A stretch of DNA of 64,000 bases from an uncultured bacterium (GCA_964640155.1 CAZXEQ010000002.1:322342-386341); one strand, 5' to 3'; shown: positions 28,590 to 39,156, counted from the first letter of the stretch. A program made the numbers and translations. Notes: a model not told the origin generated them from the sequence alone.

Positions 28590-30182
28590 TTAATCATAAA
28601 GGCAAACCAGTCTTGCCTCAGAGGTTTGATTAGAACTTCTTCGCATTAGATCTCCAAAGGAAAGTGTTGTCATTTGTTTGCCTAGAAAAATACCATCATC
28701 AGATATCTCAAAAGCTTCACAACCTCCAGGTTCAGAGTATTTCCACTTTAATTGACCCGTTTTTTTATCAAGGCACTGAAGTCGCATAGCTTCTCCAAGG
28801 GTTCCCATATCTAAAAGATTCATCGTCGGTCTATTTTCTAACAAATATAGAGAATTATTTTTGAAAATAGGTTTCCCTGAGCAAAAATCTTTTTGCCATT
28901 TTACTTTTCCATCTAAATTTGAAATGCCATATAGGCGATTGACAGAAAAAATATCCTCAATGTTAGTTGCCAGAGGAGACTGAACGAGACATAACATCTG
29001 CTTTAAAGAGGGAGACAATTTCTTTTTAGTTTTAAAACTTCCCAAGGCATAAATCATTTTAGGTGCAATCTCCAATTTTTCTCGGGTAATCCCAATAGCC
29101 ACTTTCCACAACTTTTTCCCATCGGACTTTCGATAGCAACTCAAGTTACTGCCAGAAAGAACCAGTGGATTTCCTTCTGAGGTGAATTGTATTTGTTCAG
29201 GTATACGCTCTAAGGGACGTTTCCACAGAAGCTCTCCTTGTAGATTGAGAAAAAGTAAATTTCTTTTTTCTACAAAAAGAATGCCATGAGACTGAATTAA
29301 GGGTTGTACAGGTGTATTTAGATTGAGAGAGAAAGCTTTTTGCCAAAGTCTTGATCCTGTTTTAATTCCAATGGACTGAATGTTTATTTTTTTTGAATTT
29401 TCATAATCAACAATGAATAAATTTTCTTCCAAAAATACCATTTGAGTCGGTGTTTTGAGCTTGAGCATAATCACTTTTTCTTGAAGAAAAGAAGATATGT
29501 TGAGCTTGATCAATTGAAAAGAAACAGGCTGCATGGTAATGCCACTCTCGCTTTGCTGTGAGCGTGGTATTTTGCTTAAAAGCCATAGATGAGACTTAAC
29601 TTTCAAGGGGGCTTGCGGCATGCTTTCAGGGGCTTGAAAATGGAGCATAGGTTTCCCCGTAAGGATATCGAGGCCATATAGATTTTTTTTGTCTGCAAAA
29701 ATGACTGTTTTATTTTGAATTTCTAAAAATGAGAATAGGGGCAAATGAGAGGGAGATTGAAACTCCCAAAGAAATTTTCCATCTTTTATTTGATAGGCTT
29801 TGGCTTGGTTAGATGAAAAAAGAGCGTAAGAAATAGGGTTCTGGGATTTTAGAAAAAAGGGGGCTTCATTCAAGGTCGTTTCCCAGCGAACTTTCCCTGA
29901 AACGTCCGAAGATTTTAAGATGATCCAAAAAGTTAATATTCCTATAATAAGAGAAGGAATAATCCACACAAGAGTGATGGCAAAATGATTAGCTTGTCGA
30001 TCTAAAATTGAGAGTTTTTGTTTTTGATGAGAAGTTAGAATGGGGGCAATTTTCTCTTGGGCATCTTGTTTACATCGATCACTGCAATAATAACCAAATT
30101 CCTGAATGCATTCAGGACAAATATTTTTCCCACAAAGAGTACATTCTCCAACTGTTTTCAGATGATGTGTCAGACAGGCCAT
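28590..30182 (-). CDS. membrane-anchored PQQ-like beta-propeller repeat protein with N-terminal zinc ribbon
   Basis: N-terminal CxxC...CxxC, single TM helix, then repeated G.L.W.K motifs (LLWKRPLE, KKLWKVAIG, GKVKWQKDF, GQLKWKYSE). Confidence 0.5.
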   Translation of the reverse strand: MACLTHHLKTVGECTLCGKNICPECIQEFGYYCSDRCKQDAQEKIAPILTSHQKQKLSILDRQANHFAITLVWIIPSLIIGILTFWIILKSSDVSGKVRWETTLNEAPFFLKSQNPISYALFSSNQAKAYQIKDGKFLWEFQSPSHLPLFSFLEIQNKTVIFADKKNLYGLDILTGKPMLHFQAPESMPQAPLKVKSHLWLLSKIPRSQQSESGITMQPVSFQLIKLNISSFLQEKVIMLKLKTPTQMVFLEENLFIVDYENSKKINIQSIGIKTGSRLWQKAFSLNLNTPVQPLIQSHGILFVEKRNLLFLNLQGELLWKRPLERIPEQIQFTSEGNPLVLSGSNLSCYRKSDGKKLWKVAIGITREKLEIAPKMIYALGSFKTKKKLSPSLKQMLCLVQSPLATNIEDIFSVNRLYGISNLDGKVKWQKDFCSGKPIFKNNSLYLLENRPTMNLLDMGTLGEAMRLQCLDKKTGQLKWKYSEPGGCEAFEISDDGIFLGKQMTTLSFGDLMRRSSNQTSEARLVCLYD

Positions 30183-30322
30183 GTTGGGGATGCGTTAAAA
30201 ACCGCTAAAGTTCCACATGTATTTTATTGCAAGAATCATGAGAAGGGTAACGATCAGAATAAAAATAAAGGCTTTCAAGTACATGAGAAACTCCTTTATT
30301 CCTGAATAGAGTAGATGAATAA

Positions 30323-30805
30323 TTAAGCTTTGTAAGCCTTAACAGAGAGCAGCTTAAACTTTTTAGAACTACCAGGCAAAATGACAGTAGCTTCTTCGCC
30401 GGCTTGTTTTCCAATTAATCCTTTGGCCAAGGGAGATTGAAAAGAAATAATGCCATTGTCTGCATCAGAGTCTTCAGGTCCAAGAATAGTATAAGTAAAC
30501 TCCTCCTTTGAGGATAAGTCTTTTACATGGATAACGGTTCCGATGCTGACACGATCGCCAGGAACACGTAGATCTTCAATGAATTGAACGGACATAAGGG
30601 TTTCTTTGATATTGCCAATCTCCGTCATCACCAGGGCTTGTTTTTGTTTGGCCATTTCATATTCAGCATTTTCTCGCAAATCTCCTTTTTCTCTGGCCAC
30701 GGCGATTTCTTTGGAGAGCTCAATGCTTTCAACTTGCGATAAATGCTCAAGCCGCTCATGAAGTTTTTGATGCGTTTTCTTGGTCATGTAATGAGGCATA
30801 ATCAC
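30323..30805 (-). CDS. greA: transcription elongation factor GreA
   Basis: N-terminal coiled coil with AREKGDLRENAEY and C-terminal FKBP-like domain (SFQSPLAKGLIGK); true start may be Met-7 (MTKK). Confidence 0.85.
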   Translation of the reverse strand: MIMPHYMTKKTHQKLHERLEHLSQVESIELSKEIAVAREKGDLRENAEYEMAKQKQALVMTEIGNIKETLMSVQFIEDLRVPGDRVSIGTVIHVKDLSSKEEFTYTILGPEDSDADNGIISFQSPLAKGLIGKQAGEEATVILPGSSKKFKLLSVKAYKA

Positions 30806-30875
30806 AAAGTATAGAATTTGTGATGAATCTTTTCAATGATTTATAACAATGTTTGCTCAATAGATATTGTAATTA

Positions 30876-30998
30876 AAAGTGTGTACTTTTAAAAAAGTGG
30901 CAGGGCCTGACACTCGTCATCCCCACCGTGCTCATAAAAAATTGCGCGCGGCGGGGCTCCCCGCCGAGTGTCACCCGTATTATAAAGGACACACTTTT
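30876..30998 (+). repeat. palindromic repeat element (RPE-like) copy B, intergenic greA-pbpC
   Basis: Terminal inverted repeats aaagtgtgtactttt / aaaggacacactttt, internal GC-rich hairpin gcgcgcggcggggctccccgccgag. Confidence 0.7.
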
Positions 30999-31008
30999 AT
31001 ACATGCTA

Positions 31009-33210
31009 TCACTCAACATGAATATTCACTTTTGCTGAAGCGCCTGTTTCGTCTGTAACGTAAATCTCATGCAGGCCAGGTTGAGGAATCCAAAAAAGAG
31101 CTTTTTCTGGACGGGTTTTCCCTATGAGAAGCCCATTCACAAACCACCATCGCCAGGAATGAGGCGATCCTCCTATAGACTGAAGAGGTAGTTTTTGATT
31201 TTTTTGAAAAGAGGGGGCGTCTAAGAAAAATTTTTGATTTGAAGAAATAGAAGAAATGGTTAGTTTAGAAATATCTTTTTCAAGTTCAATAGATTTTGCT
31301 AAACCTTCGTCCTGGATTTGAGGCCATGGTTTATTTTTCGGCTTTAAGCAAGATAGAAGTTTTAAAGTCAAGGGTGCTGCCAAAGTTTGTCCAACTAATT
31401 CATGAGAGCCTTTCCCAAGAGAGTTTCCAAGCCATGTTACAAGTGTGTATTCATGTGTTACTGCTACACACCAAGCATCTTTGTGTGCACTGCTTGTGCC
31501 TGTTTTCCAGGCAGGATTAAATGGAATGGCTTCAGGACAAACAGCGTAAGTTCGTTTGGGATCACTTAAGGCATTCAGTACTTGCCAGCATGCTTTTTGA
31601 GATAATATATTTTGATGGTGTGAATAAAAGTGCGGTCCTTTAAAAAGTGGCGGGTCCTGCCACTCGTCAGCCCCAACGTGCTCACTAAAAGTTGCGCGCG
31701 ATGGGGCCCCCCGCCGAGTGTCACCCGCATCTGTAAAGGACACACTTTTATCTACAGGATTTACATTTTGTGTGGCAGTGTCAGTATTAGATGTTAAAAG
31801 AGGAATATAAGTGACAGGCAGATGAATTCCTCCTCGCCCCAGTGTTGCAAAAGCTTCTGCAAGTTCTATAGGAGAAGCCTCGGCTCCTCCTATAGCTAAA
31901 GAAAGGCCATATCGATCTGGAAATTGCTCCAGTCTTTTAAATCCTAAACTTTGTAAAATTCCAACTACGCGAGCGATGCCTATTTTAGAAAGTAAAATCA
32001 TGGCGGGGATATTTCGACTTTGAGCAAGTGCTTCTGCCGCACACATAAAGCCTCTAAAAGTATGATCAAAATTGCTAGGGGTGTAGCCCTCCCAGCTCAA
32101 AGGAAGGTCTTTTAAAATTGTTGTGGGGGTGCAAATTCCTGCTTCAAAAGCGGCTGCGTAAATAAATGGTTTTAATGTAGAACCTGTTGAATAGTAACGG
32201 TTGGATAAATCTAAATTATTTGCATCGTCACATAAATTAATCGAGGCCAAACACTCAGAAGTTTGTGTGTTTAAAAGAACAAGTGAAAGAGCGTTGATCT
32301 GAGAAGATTTTAACTTTTCGAATTCTTGTTTGGCTATGAGGGTTAACTGCTCTTGAATATCTTTATCTAAAGAGGTTTTAAATTTTCCTTGTTGAAATTT
32401 TTCCTTTAAGGTCAGTAAGATGGGCAGAATTCCTGATTTTTTTTCTTGTGGCAGAGCTTGCCATGTGGCTTGAATAGGTTCTTCAATAGCGCGTGCGTAA
32501 TCTTGCTCAGAGATCATTTTTTCTGATAACATTCGAAACAAAACGTGATTACGTCTCTTAAGTGCACGTTCTATAAAACGATCTGGGCGATAGCGATTGG
32601 GACTTTGAGGAAGGCCTGCCAAAAGGGCAGCTTGGCTTAAAGAAAGATTGCGACATGAAATTCCAAAATATCTCCAGCTTGCAGCACCTACCCCGATTAA
32701 ATTCCCTCCCAAAGGACATCGATTGAGATATTCTGTCAAAATTTCATTCTTACTCATTTTTCTTTCTAATTGATAAGCACGAATAGATTCAATCAGTTTG
32801 GATGAGAAAGTCCGTGGTTTTGGATAACGTAAATGTTCAACTTGCATGGTAAGAGTGCTTGCGCCACGTATGATTTTCATGGCTTTAAAATCTTGCCAAA
32901 GAGCAGCAGCAACGCCAATCCAGTCCACTCCATGGTGTTGATAAAAACGATGATCTTCGACGGCAACAATTGCTTTAAAAAGATAAGGGCTTATTTCTTC
33001 TTCTTTTAATGGAAAATACCATTCATTTTTTTCTGAAACAAAAGCCCCCAAAGGCTTTCCTTCTCGATCTTCTATCCAAAGGCTGGGTGGAGGTTTTGGA
33101 GTGGGAGGATAAGACCAGGAGTAAACTGCAATAGAAAACGAAATACAAATAAAACTGAATACGCTAATAATTCCCAGTATGAAAATTTTGAAAGAATGTT
33201 TAATGGTCAT
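31009..33210 (-). CDS. pbpC: penicillin-binding protein 1C (transglycosylase/transpeptidase)
   Basis: N-terminal TM, glycosyltransferase motifs (EDHRFYQHHGVD; RGASTLTMQ), transpeptidase STGSTLKP; start overlaps stop of upstream A2M gene. Confidence 0.88.
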   Translation of the reverse strand: MTIKHSFKIFILGIISVFSFICISFSIAVYSWSYPPTPKPPPSLWIEDREGKPLGAFVSEKNEWYFPLKEEEISPYLFKAIVAVEDHRFYQHHGVDWIGVAAALWQDFKAMKIIRGASTLTMQVEHLRYPKPRTFSSKLIESIRAYQLERKMSKNEILTEYLNRCPLGGNLIGVGAASWRYFGISCRNLSLSQAALLAGLPQSPNRYRPDRFIERALKRRNHVLFRMLSEKMISEQDYARAIEEPIQATWQALPQEKKSGILPILLTLKEKFQQGKFKTSLDKDIQEQLTLIAKQEFEKLKSSQINALSLVLLNTQTSECLASINLCDDANNLDLSNRYYSTGSTLKPFIYAAAFEAGICTPTTILKDLPLSWEGYTPSNFDHTFRGFMCAAEALAQSRNIPAMILLSKIGIARVVGILQSLGFKRLEQFPDRYGLSLAIGGAEASPIELAEAFATLGRGGIHLPVTYIPLLTSNTDTATQNVNPVDKSVSFTDAGDTRRGAPSRATFSEHVGADEWQDPPLFKGPHFYSHHQNILSQKACWQVLNALSDPKRTYAVCPEAIPFNPAWKTGTSSAHKDAWCVAVTHEYTLVTWLGNSLGKGSHELVGQTLAAPLTLKLLSCLKPKNKPWPQIQDEGLAKSIELEKDISKLTISSISSNQKFFLDAPSFQKNQKLPLQSIGGSPHSWRWWFVNGLLIGKTRPEKALFWIPQPGLHEIYVTDETGASAKVNIHVE
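31627..31750 (+). repeat. palindromic repeat element (RPE-like) copy C, in frame inside pbpC
   Basis: Reverse complement translates without stops as KSVSFTDAGDTRRGAPSRATFSEHVGADEWQDPPLFKGPHF within the PbpC ORF. Confidence 0.7.
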
Positions 33211-36200
33211 GAATGTGAATGGGTTGCAATTTTCATTGTTTCATTGTCACGACTGATGCTGTTAATTGAAATATCATACATGCATTCAGCTTTTACAGGG
33301 GGAACAGTAAAAGTTCCAGGAGTCACAGCCCTGGCTAGATAAGTATATTGTGCTTTCCCTTTGTCTAACATTTTTCCGTAGAGCACAAGACGATCATCAC
33401 GAATATCGATATGACTATCCATAAATGTAGTTTGAGTAGGGTCTTTGAGAATAGAAGCTGAAGTTGCAAGCCTTGGATTTTCAATTTCAAGTCCAGCGGG
33501 AAGCAAATCTTCAATGACCATATTGTCATAACCCAAAGGACATTCTAGATGTATCTCTACTTGTATCAAGTCTCCACTACAAATTTTATCTAGGGCGATT
33601 GCGTGTCCCTGTTGATCAAGATATCTTTTTCTCACACTTATCCCATGATCTTCATTTAAAGGAGGCTCTTTGGCAAGGCCTGTGATGCTCCATGCAACAT
33701 AGCCCTTTGTTTTTTCAGCTCCTGAGATTTTAACTGAAAATTCTTTCCCATTCAGAAATTTATTTGAAGAATTCCAGAGAAGAGAATCTCCATTCCCTGT
33801 TTCAGAAATTTTCTCTGTCCCCGCCCAAAGTTCGGCTGATGTAAAAGGTTCTCCAAAATCTGTTTCCTTTAAATAAGACCCCAGTGCAAGAAGAGCAAAA
33901 GCATGATCTTGCGTACTTTGCCATTTTTTTTCGCCGCCGGCTTGGGCAAGTTCTTTAACCAATTTGGGAAGGGCTGGATTTTGTGGATCAAGTTCAATCA
34001 GACTTTGAATTAAAATAGCTTGATCTCGAATAGGGGACCCAATGTTTCCAGATAGGTCTCTGTTTTGGCGAGGGTGAGGTAGATTCTGAGGAATTAACTT
34101 TAAGGCCAAATCTCGTCTGCCAGAATAAAGCCAGGCCAGGGCAAGATAAAAGCGAGTTGAAGGATGGATGCTAGAGGAGATAGAAGTTGGGAGAGTGGAA
34201 GGTCTTTGAAAAATATCTTCCAGACGTGACATCATGGATCTCTGGGGATATCCCGCTTTAGCAAGAACAAAACAGGCATAAGCCTGAATCTCTAAAATAT
34301 TGGGTTGATCAGAACTTTCGTTTAATAATTTTCGAACATAATTTAAAAGTCGATCGCGAAAATCAGTTGGAATAGAGAAGCCGGCGTTTTCTGCTTCGGT
34401 GATAAAATGTGTTGCATAAACACTGGCCCAGCTCCAGCTCTCAGTATAGCCAGGCCACATAGCAAGTCCCCCTTCAGCTGTTTGCATACTGATCAAACGA
34501 TTAAGAGCTGTTTCAACTCTTTGATGAATGTATTGAGTATTAAATGGTTCTGGGAAAATCTTCTCTCCTAGTTTTTGCAATCCAATGAGAGGAAAGGTGG
34601 TGCTAACCGTTTGTTCGGCACATCCATGGGGGTATTCATTGAGATAATCCAAAGCCTTTGTCAGATTTAAAGTGGGAAATGGAGTTACGTGAATATTCAA
34701 CTGTGTTGTTCCCTCAATCCATTTTTCTGGAATTCTGATTTTAAAATCTTGATGGGGTTTAAGGGTTGCATATCCTCCTTCAGAAATTGAAGGACAGGCA
34801 GGACGAATAGGGAATATGAGATTTTGCTGATATTCTTGTCCATTGAGTTGCGCTTTGATTTTAAGACGAGCTATTCCCATTTTATTCTTAGCTTTCAAAG
34901 GAATGGTGATCACGGTTTGAGCGTTATCGGGAATGGAGTTTGTAGTAAAATTGATTTTTCTTTCGGAGGAGTGTGGAAAATAAACAGGACTTTTATTGTC
35001 TAGTTCTATTGAGAGGTTAGCAATGCCTTCACTTCCCGTATGATTGAAAATGACAATCGGTATTTCAAAATGATCATTATTTGCAGCAAAGCGAGGAGTA
35101 GTACTTTGTAACATGAGAGGAGATTTAACAAAAATGGGCTTAGATGCTGATCCAAAAAATTTTTTAGAATGAGCAATGGCCATGACTCGCAATTGACCTG
35201 TGAATTCTGGAAGACGAAAATCAACTTTTACGTTTCCATTTTCGTCACAGCGAAGTACTTTTGAAACAAGTGCAACATTTTTCATACGTTGTATAGACAA
35301 TGGAGTTAAATGACGTGGCTCATAACCTCCATCTCCTCCCACCGAACTTTTAGGATTTATTTTTGGAATCTCTGGGAAAAGTTCTCCATAAAGATCTGAA
35401 ACAAATACGTTCAAAGCTCGATTTCGATGAAAGAATGAAAAAGGATCTGGGGGTGAGAAATTCGTGAGTTGAAGAATCCCTTCATCTACGATTAACAAAG
35501 TGACCCTTGCATTTTTAGCAGGTTTATTTTGAGGGGTTAAAACTTTTGCTTCAACACGGATTTTGTTTTTGGGCAGGATTTCTTTTTTTGTTTGAATCTT
35601 TATTTTCAGCTTTTGATCGTTATTGTTGATCGCAAGGCGAGTCACGCCAAAAGCACGATGGATTTTCCATGGAGCCTTGGAATGGACGGGCTGAATCACC
35701 GTCGCACTTACATAGGCATTGGGACGATAGCTTTCTAAAATATCAATCGGAATAGATATATGAGATTGTGTCATGGTCAGAACTTTGTGAAAGAGAACAT
35801 TCTCTGTTTCTATCGTTAAAAGAAGTTGCCCTGGGAAAGGACTGCGAACAATGACTTGCGCTTGACCTCCAACTTTCAAAGAGGACGAATATCTATTAAA
35901 GTGCGTCTTTTTAAAAAGAAGTGGGTCCTGCCGCTCGTCAGCCCCATCGTGCTCAGTAAAAGTTGCGCTCGATGGGGCCCCCCGCCGAGCGTCACCCACA
36001 TTTTTAGAATCATTTTTTAATTCTTTGCCCATAGGAATAATTTCAATTTGTAATTGCTCTGGGTTCTCTCGAGAGACTGAATCCTCCCAGCCATTTTCAC
36101 TGCTCACATAAAATCCATGTGAAGTGAAGCTGCCTGTTTGAGAATCTTTGATAGCAATCACATAAGACCCTTCACTGGGAGGAATGATTTCAAAATGTCC

Positions 36201-38948
36201 TTTCTCTTGTTCTAAAATTGCATAAGAAGAAGATGCTTTTTCCAGTATACGTGTTGAGTCATAATGATAGCTCCCATCGCGATAGGTCATGATATTGTTC
36301 CAAGTCTCACGAAAAAGTTGTATCTCCATTTGTTTCGAAATCTTGGCTATTTGCCCATGCCCAGAAACACATGCAATATCAAAAACATACGGAGAACCGG
36401 GCTGAGCTTTTTGATTTTGTTGAGGACGTATGCCGACATAATATGGAACAGTATCAATGAAAACTCTTTTTGTGGCACTGACAGCCCTACCGCCCATTTC
36501 TTGAACACTTCCCAGAACAGTTAATTGCCAGGGACCCGTATACGAGGGGGTTTCTTTTATAAGAGAGTTCGGGGGGTGATTGAGAAGAAGAGAAAGATCT
36601 ACTTTCCATTCACCTTTGCCTTTCTCATTTAATTTAATCTTAGGCGACTCAATCGATTGTCCTTGGGGAAGAATACCTCCAAGTGTTTTAAAAGCATTGG
36701 CAGAATCTGTGAAAGTCCATTCTTTCCAATGTTTGGGTTTGAATGGTGCAGGATCGAGACGACTTGAAAGTGTTGCATCTGTTCCTGAAGCAGGTTGTCC
36801 AAAAAGATAGTTTGCTGCAATATGAACTGAAAGAGATTGTGAGGATAAAGTATAGCGATCATGGCGAATATTTTTTAAATTTAAAGCAACTTTCATTCTA
36901 TCGGGAATAAATTCCTCAACAAAAAAAGAAGTTGTTCCAAATGTTTTAGCATCAGCATCTTTTGATTTTGGAAGGCCAATGGATACAGTCCAATTTCCAG
37001 TGGGAATATCTTGAGGTAATTTGACAGAAAGGTAAACCATTCCAGAACTGTCCACCTTGGCCATGTGTCCTTTCCAATTTCTCCCATCGGGCCTATAAAA
37101 TTGACACCAGACAGGAAATTCTTCGGGGGTACTTAAATGAGGCCCTCGAATGATTGCCCAGAGATGGACTTTTTCACCGGGTCTATAGGCTCCACGTTCA
37201 GAGTAGACAAAAGCTTCATAGGCTTTGGATGAATAAGGACTCCCAGAAATATCAAAATGAGAATAGGAAAGTTCGCTTGTTCTTAAATCTAACCATGTCA
37301 AATGGGCGGGCTCTGTGGCAGCGTTAAAATTTGCAACTACTACGACAGGTTTCTCATCGTTAGAGGTTTCAATGGTATTGATTTTAATAATACCATTTTC
37401 ATCAGAAATTCCTTCTCCCAAAAGTTGATTCTTATTGGAAAATAAGCGAATGCGTACATGCTCCATGGGTTTACCTGTACTTAAAGACAGAGTCCAAACA
37501 AAAAGACCATGAGGGAATCTCTTGGCCACTAAACCAATGTCAGATAATGTAACAACCGTTGTATCGGATAACTCCCAGGCATATCCTTGATTCTCATTCT
37601 CGGCTTTGATTTGAATTTCATAAACCCCATTTTGCTTGAGATTTTCAGGCAGGAGCTCATCCAAGGATAAATGAATATCCTGAACTTTATTTTTCTCCAT
37701 TTCTAATTTAAGAGATTTTTGTGCGATTACTTGACTAAAATGATGAAGACCCATCCATTGATTCTCATAAACCGTGTTTCTCCAATGGACAATATTATTC
37801 TCATACATTTTTGTGAGAGTGATTTGAATGTTTTGAACATTGATAGCGTGAGCTAGAATCATTCGATTCCCTTTAGCTCCCAAAAACCCATGATCCTGTT
37901 CAAACCACACAGAAGCCTTACGATCTGGGATAAAAACACTAAAGAGATCTTCCTGAGGATAATTTTTCGAATCATTTTTGATGCGAGGTGCATTTACTTT
38001 CAATGCATATCGGTTTCCAGGGATAAAATCTGCCTCAAGACTGACTCCAAACCATTCTCGAATCAGTGTGAAGGGTAAAATAGGTTCAATAGAAAGAATT
38101 TCTTTTAAAATTTCTATATCGACATCATTATTGAAATAAAGTTGCAGTCTAATTTTTCCTTTTGAAGAAGAATAAGGTTCTACTTTTGTAATCATTAAGT
38201 GGCGGTTAAGGGTCAATTGCGTTTCATAAAGATTGGTTAATCCTAAAGGCCCACTAATCCCACATAGTCCTTCTCGAATCCTTACAATCACTTGAAGATA
38301 AGAGGATATATTTTGATAGAGAAAAGGAGTGGGCTCTGTCATCACGCGTATCACATTTGCGGTTACGCCTTCATAAAGGCGAAAAGGGATTTTTTGATGA
38401 ACCAGAGATTCAATCTCCAGAAATTTTGCAACTTCAGTTGGAAGCATTTTGTCGTTAAATTCAATTTCAATCATAAACTGATTTTTTTCGTCAAAGGCTG
38501 CTTGGCGTACAGATAAAATTTGCAAGGCTGGGGTTTTGACGGTTGCAGAATACGACTGATTCAGTAAAAACCCTTCCTTGGACTTTAAAGAATGAAGAGG
38601 AAAAGTAAAAGTAAAGGCTGTTGCTTTGGGGAGGTCTTTCTGGGGTGTAAAAGTAAGCTTTCGAGTGTTCACCCATTCCCAATGTCCAGGGATGAGGTAA
38701 GACGCATCGCCTGAACTCTTGATGATGACTTTGGATGAAACATCTTCACAAACCATATCTAAATTAAATTCCCAGGATAAAACAGGCCGTGTTCCTGTCT
38801 CAATATTGTTTCCTGGGTTAAAGCGTTCTATTTTAAGAACATTGAGCGTTTTTAATTGATAAGCATGATGAAATGCTGCCCAGGCAAGAATATTTGTAAT
38901 TGCAAAACAAAAAACGGTTATCCAAAATCGTTTGTGTAACATGAACAT
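33207..38948 (-). CDS. alpha-2-macroglobulin family protein (bacterial A2M, thioester-containing)
   Basis: 1913 aa, N-terminal signal/anchor, thioester motif GCAEQ, large MG-domain architecture; genetically coupled to pbpC. Confidence 0.9.
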   Translation of the reverse strand: MFMLHKRFWITVFCFAITNILAWAAFHHAYQLKTLNVLKIERFNPGNNIETGTRPVLSWEFNLDMVCEDVSSKVIIKSSGDASYLIPGHWEWVNTRKLTFTPQKDLPKATAFTFTFPLHSLKSKEGFLLNQSYSATVKTPALQILSVRQAAFDEKNQFMIEIEFNDKMLPTEVAKFLEIESLVHQKIPFRLYEGVTANVIRVMTEPTPFLYQNISSYLQVIVRIREGLCGISGPLGLTNLYETQLTLNRHLMITKVEPYSSSKGKIRLQLYFNNDVDIEILKEILSIEPILPFTLIREWFGVSLEADFIPGNRYALKVNAPRIKNDSKNYPQEDLFSVFIPDRKASVWFEQDHGFLGAKGNRMILAHAINVQNIQITLTKMYENNIVHWRNTVYENQWMGLHHFSQVIAQKSLKLEMEKNKVQDIHLSLDELLPENLKQNGVYEIQIKAENENQGYAWELSDTTVVTLSDIGLVAKRFPHGLFVWTLSLSTGKPMEHVRIRLFSNKNQLLGEGISDENGIIKINTIETSNDEKPVVVVANFNAATEPAHLTWLDLRTSELSYSHFDISGSPYSSKAYEAFVYSERGAYRPGEKVHLWAIIRGPHLSTPEEFPVWCQFYRPDGRNWKGHMAKVDSSGMVYLSVKLPQDIPTGNWTVSIGLPKSKDADAKTFGTTSFFVEEFIPDRMKVALNLKNIRHDRYTLSSQSLSVHIAANYLFGQPASGTDATLSSRLDPAPFKPKHWKEWTFTDSANAFKTLGGILPQGQSIESPKIKLNEKGKGEWKVDLSLLLNHPPNSLIKETPSYTGPWQLTVLGSVQEMGGRAVSATKRVFIDTVPYYVGIRPQQNQKAQPGSPYVFDIACVSGHGQIAKISKQMEIQLFRETWNNIMTYRDGSYHYDSTRILEKASSSYAILEQEKGHFEIIPPSEGSYVIAIKDSQTGSFTSHGFYVSSENGWEDSVSRENPEQLQIEIIPMGKELKNDSKNVGDARRGAPSSATFTEHDGADERQDPLLFKKTHFNRYSSSLKVGGQAQVIVRSPFPGQLLLTIETENVLFHKVLTMTQSHISIPIDILESYRPNAYVSATVIQPVHSKAPWKIHRAFGVTRLAINNNDQKLKIKIQTKKEILPKNKIRVEAKVLTPQNKPAKNARVTLLIVDEGILQLTNFSPPDPFSFFHRNRALNVFVSDLYGELFPEIPKINPKSSVGGDGGYEPRHLTPLSIQRMKNVALVSKVLRCDENGNVKVDFRLPEFTGQLRVMAIAHSKKFFGSASKPIFVKSPLMLQSTTPRFAANNDHFEIPIVIFNHTGSEGIANLSIELDNKSPVYFPHSSERKINFTTNSIPDNAQTVITIPLKAKNKMGIARLKIKAQLNGQEYQQNLIFPIRPACPSISEGGYATLKPHQDFKIRIPEKWIEGTTQLNIHVTPFPTLNLTKALDYLNEYPHGCAEQTVSTTFPLIGLQKLGEKIFPEPFNTQYIHQRVETALNRLISMQTAEGGLAMWPGYTESWSWASVYATHFITEAENAGFSIPTDFRDRLLNYVRKLLNESSDQPNILEIQAYACFVLAKAGYPQRSMMSRLEDIFQRPSTLPTSISSSIHPSTRFYLALAWLYSGRRDLALKLIPQNLPHPRQNRDLSGNIGSPIRDQAILIQSLIELDPQNPALPKLVKELAQAGGEKKWQSTQDHAFALLALGSYLKETDFGEPFTSAELWAGTEKISETGNGDSLLWNSSNKFLNGKEFSVKISGAEKTKGYVAWSITGLAKEPPLNEDHGISVRKRYLDQQGHAIALDKICSGDLIQVEIHLECPLGYDNMVIEDLLPAGLEIENPRLATSASILKDPTQTTFMDSHIDIRDDRLVLYGKMLDKGKAQYTYLARAVTPGTFTVPPVKAECMYDISINSISRDNETMKIATHSHS
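35898..36010 (+). repeat. palindromic repeat element (RPE-like) copy D, in frame inside the A2M gene
   Basis: Encodes VGDARRGAPSSATFTEHDGADERQDPLLFKKTHF inside the A2M ORF, homologous to the peptide encoded by copy C. Confidence 0.65.
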
Positions 38949-39008
38949 TCTCCAAAATCCAAAGTTTTTTAGTTAGAAATAGTAGGAAAATAATCTCACA
39001 TATAAACT

Positions 39009-39156
39009 TAAGTCCTCGGGCTTTTCACCGTCCTTTAGGATGAGGTAAGAAACGGGGCCTGCCACTCGTCAGCCCTACCGTGCTCATGAAAAATTGCGCG
39101 CGGGGCGGGGCTCCCCCCGCCGAGTGTCACCCGTATTGTAAAGGACACACTTTTTT
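39009..39156 (+). repeat. palindromic repeat element (RPE-like) copy E, long variant
   Basis: Core as other copies plus 5' extension gtcctcgggcttttcaccgtcctttaggatgaggtaagaaacgg shared with copy G. Confidence 0.7.
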
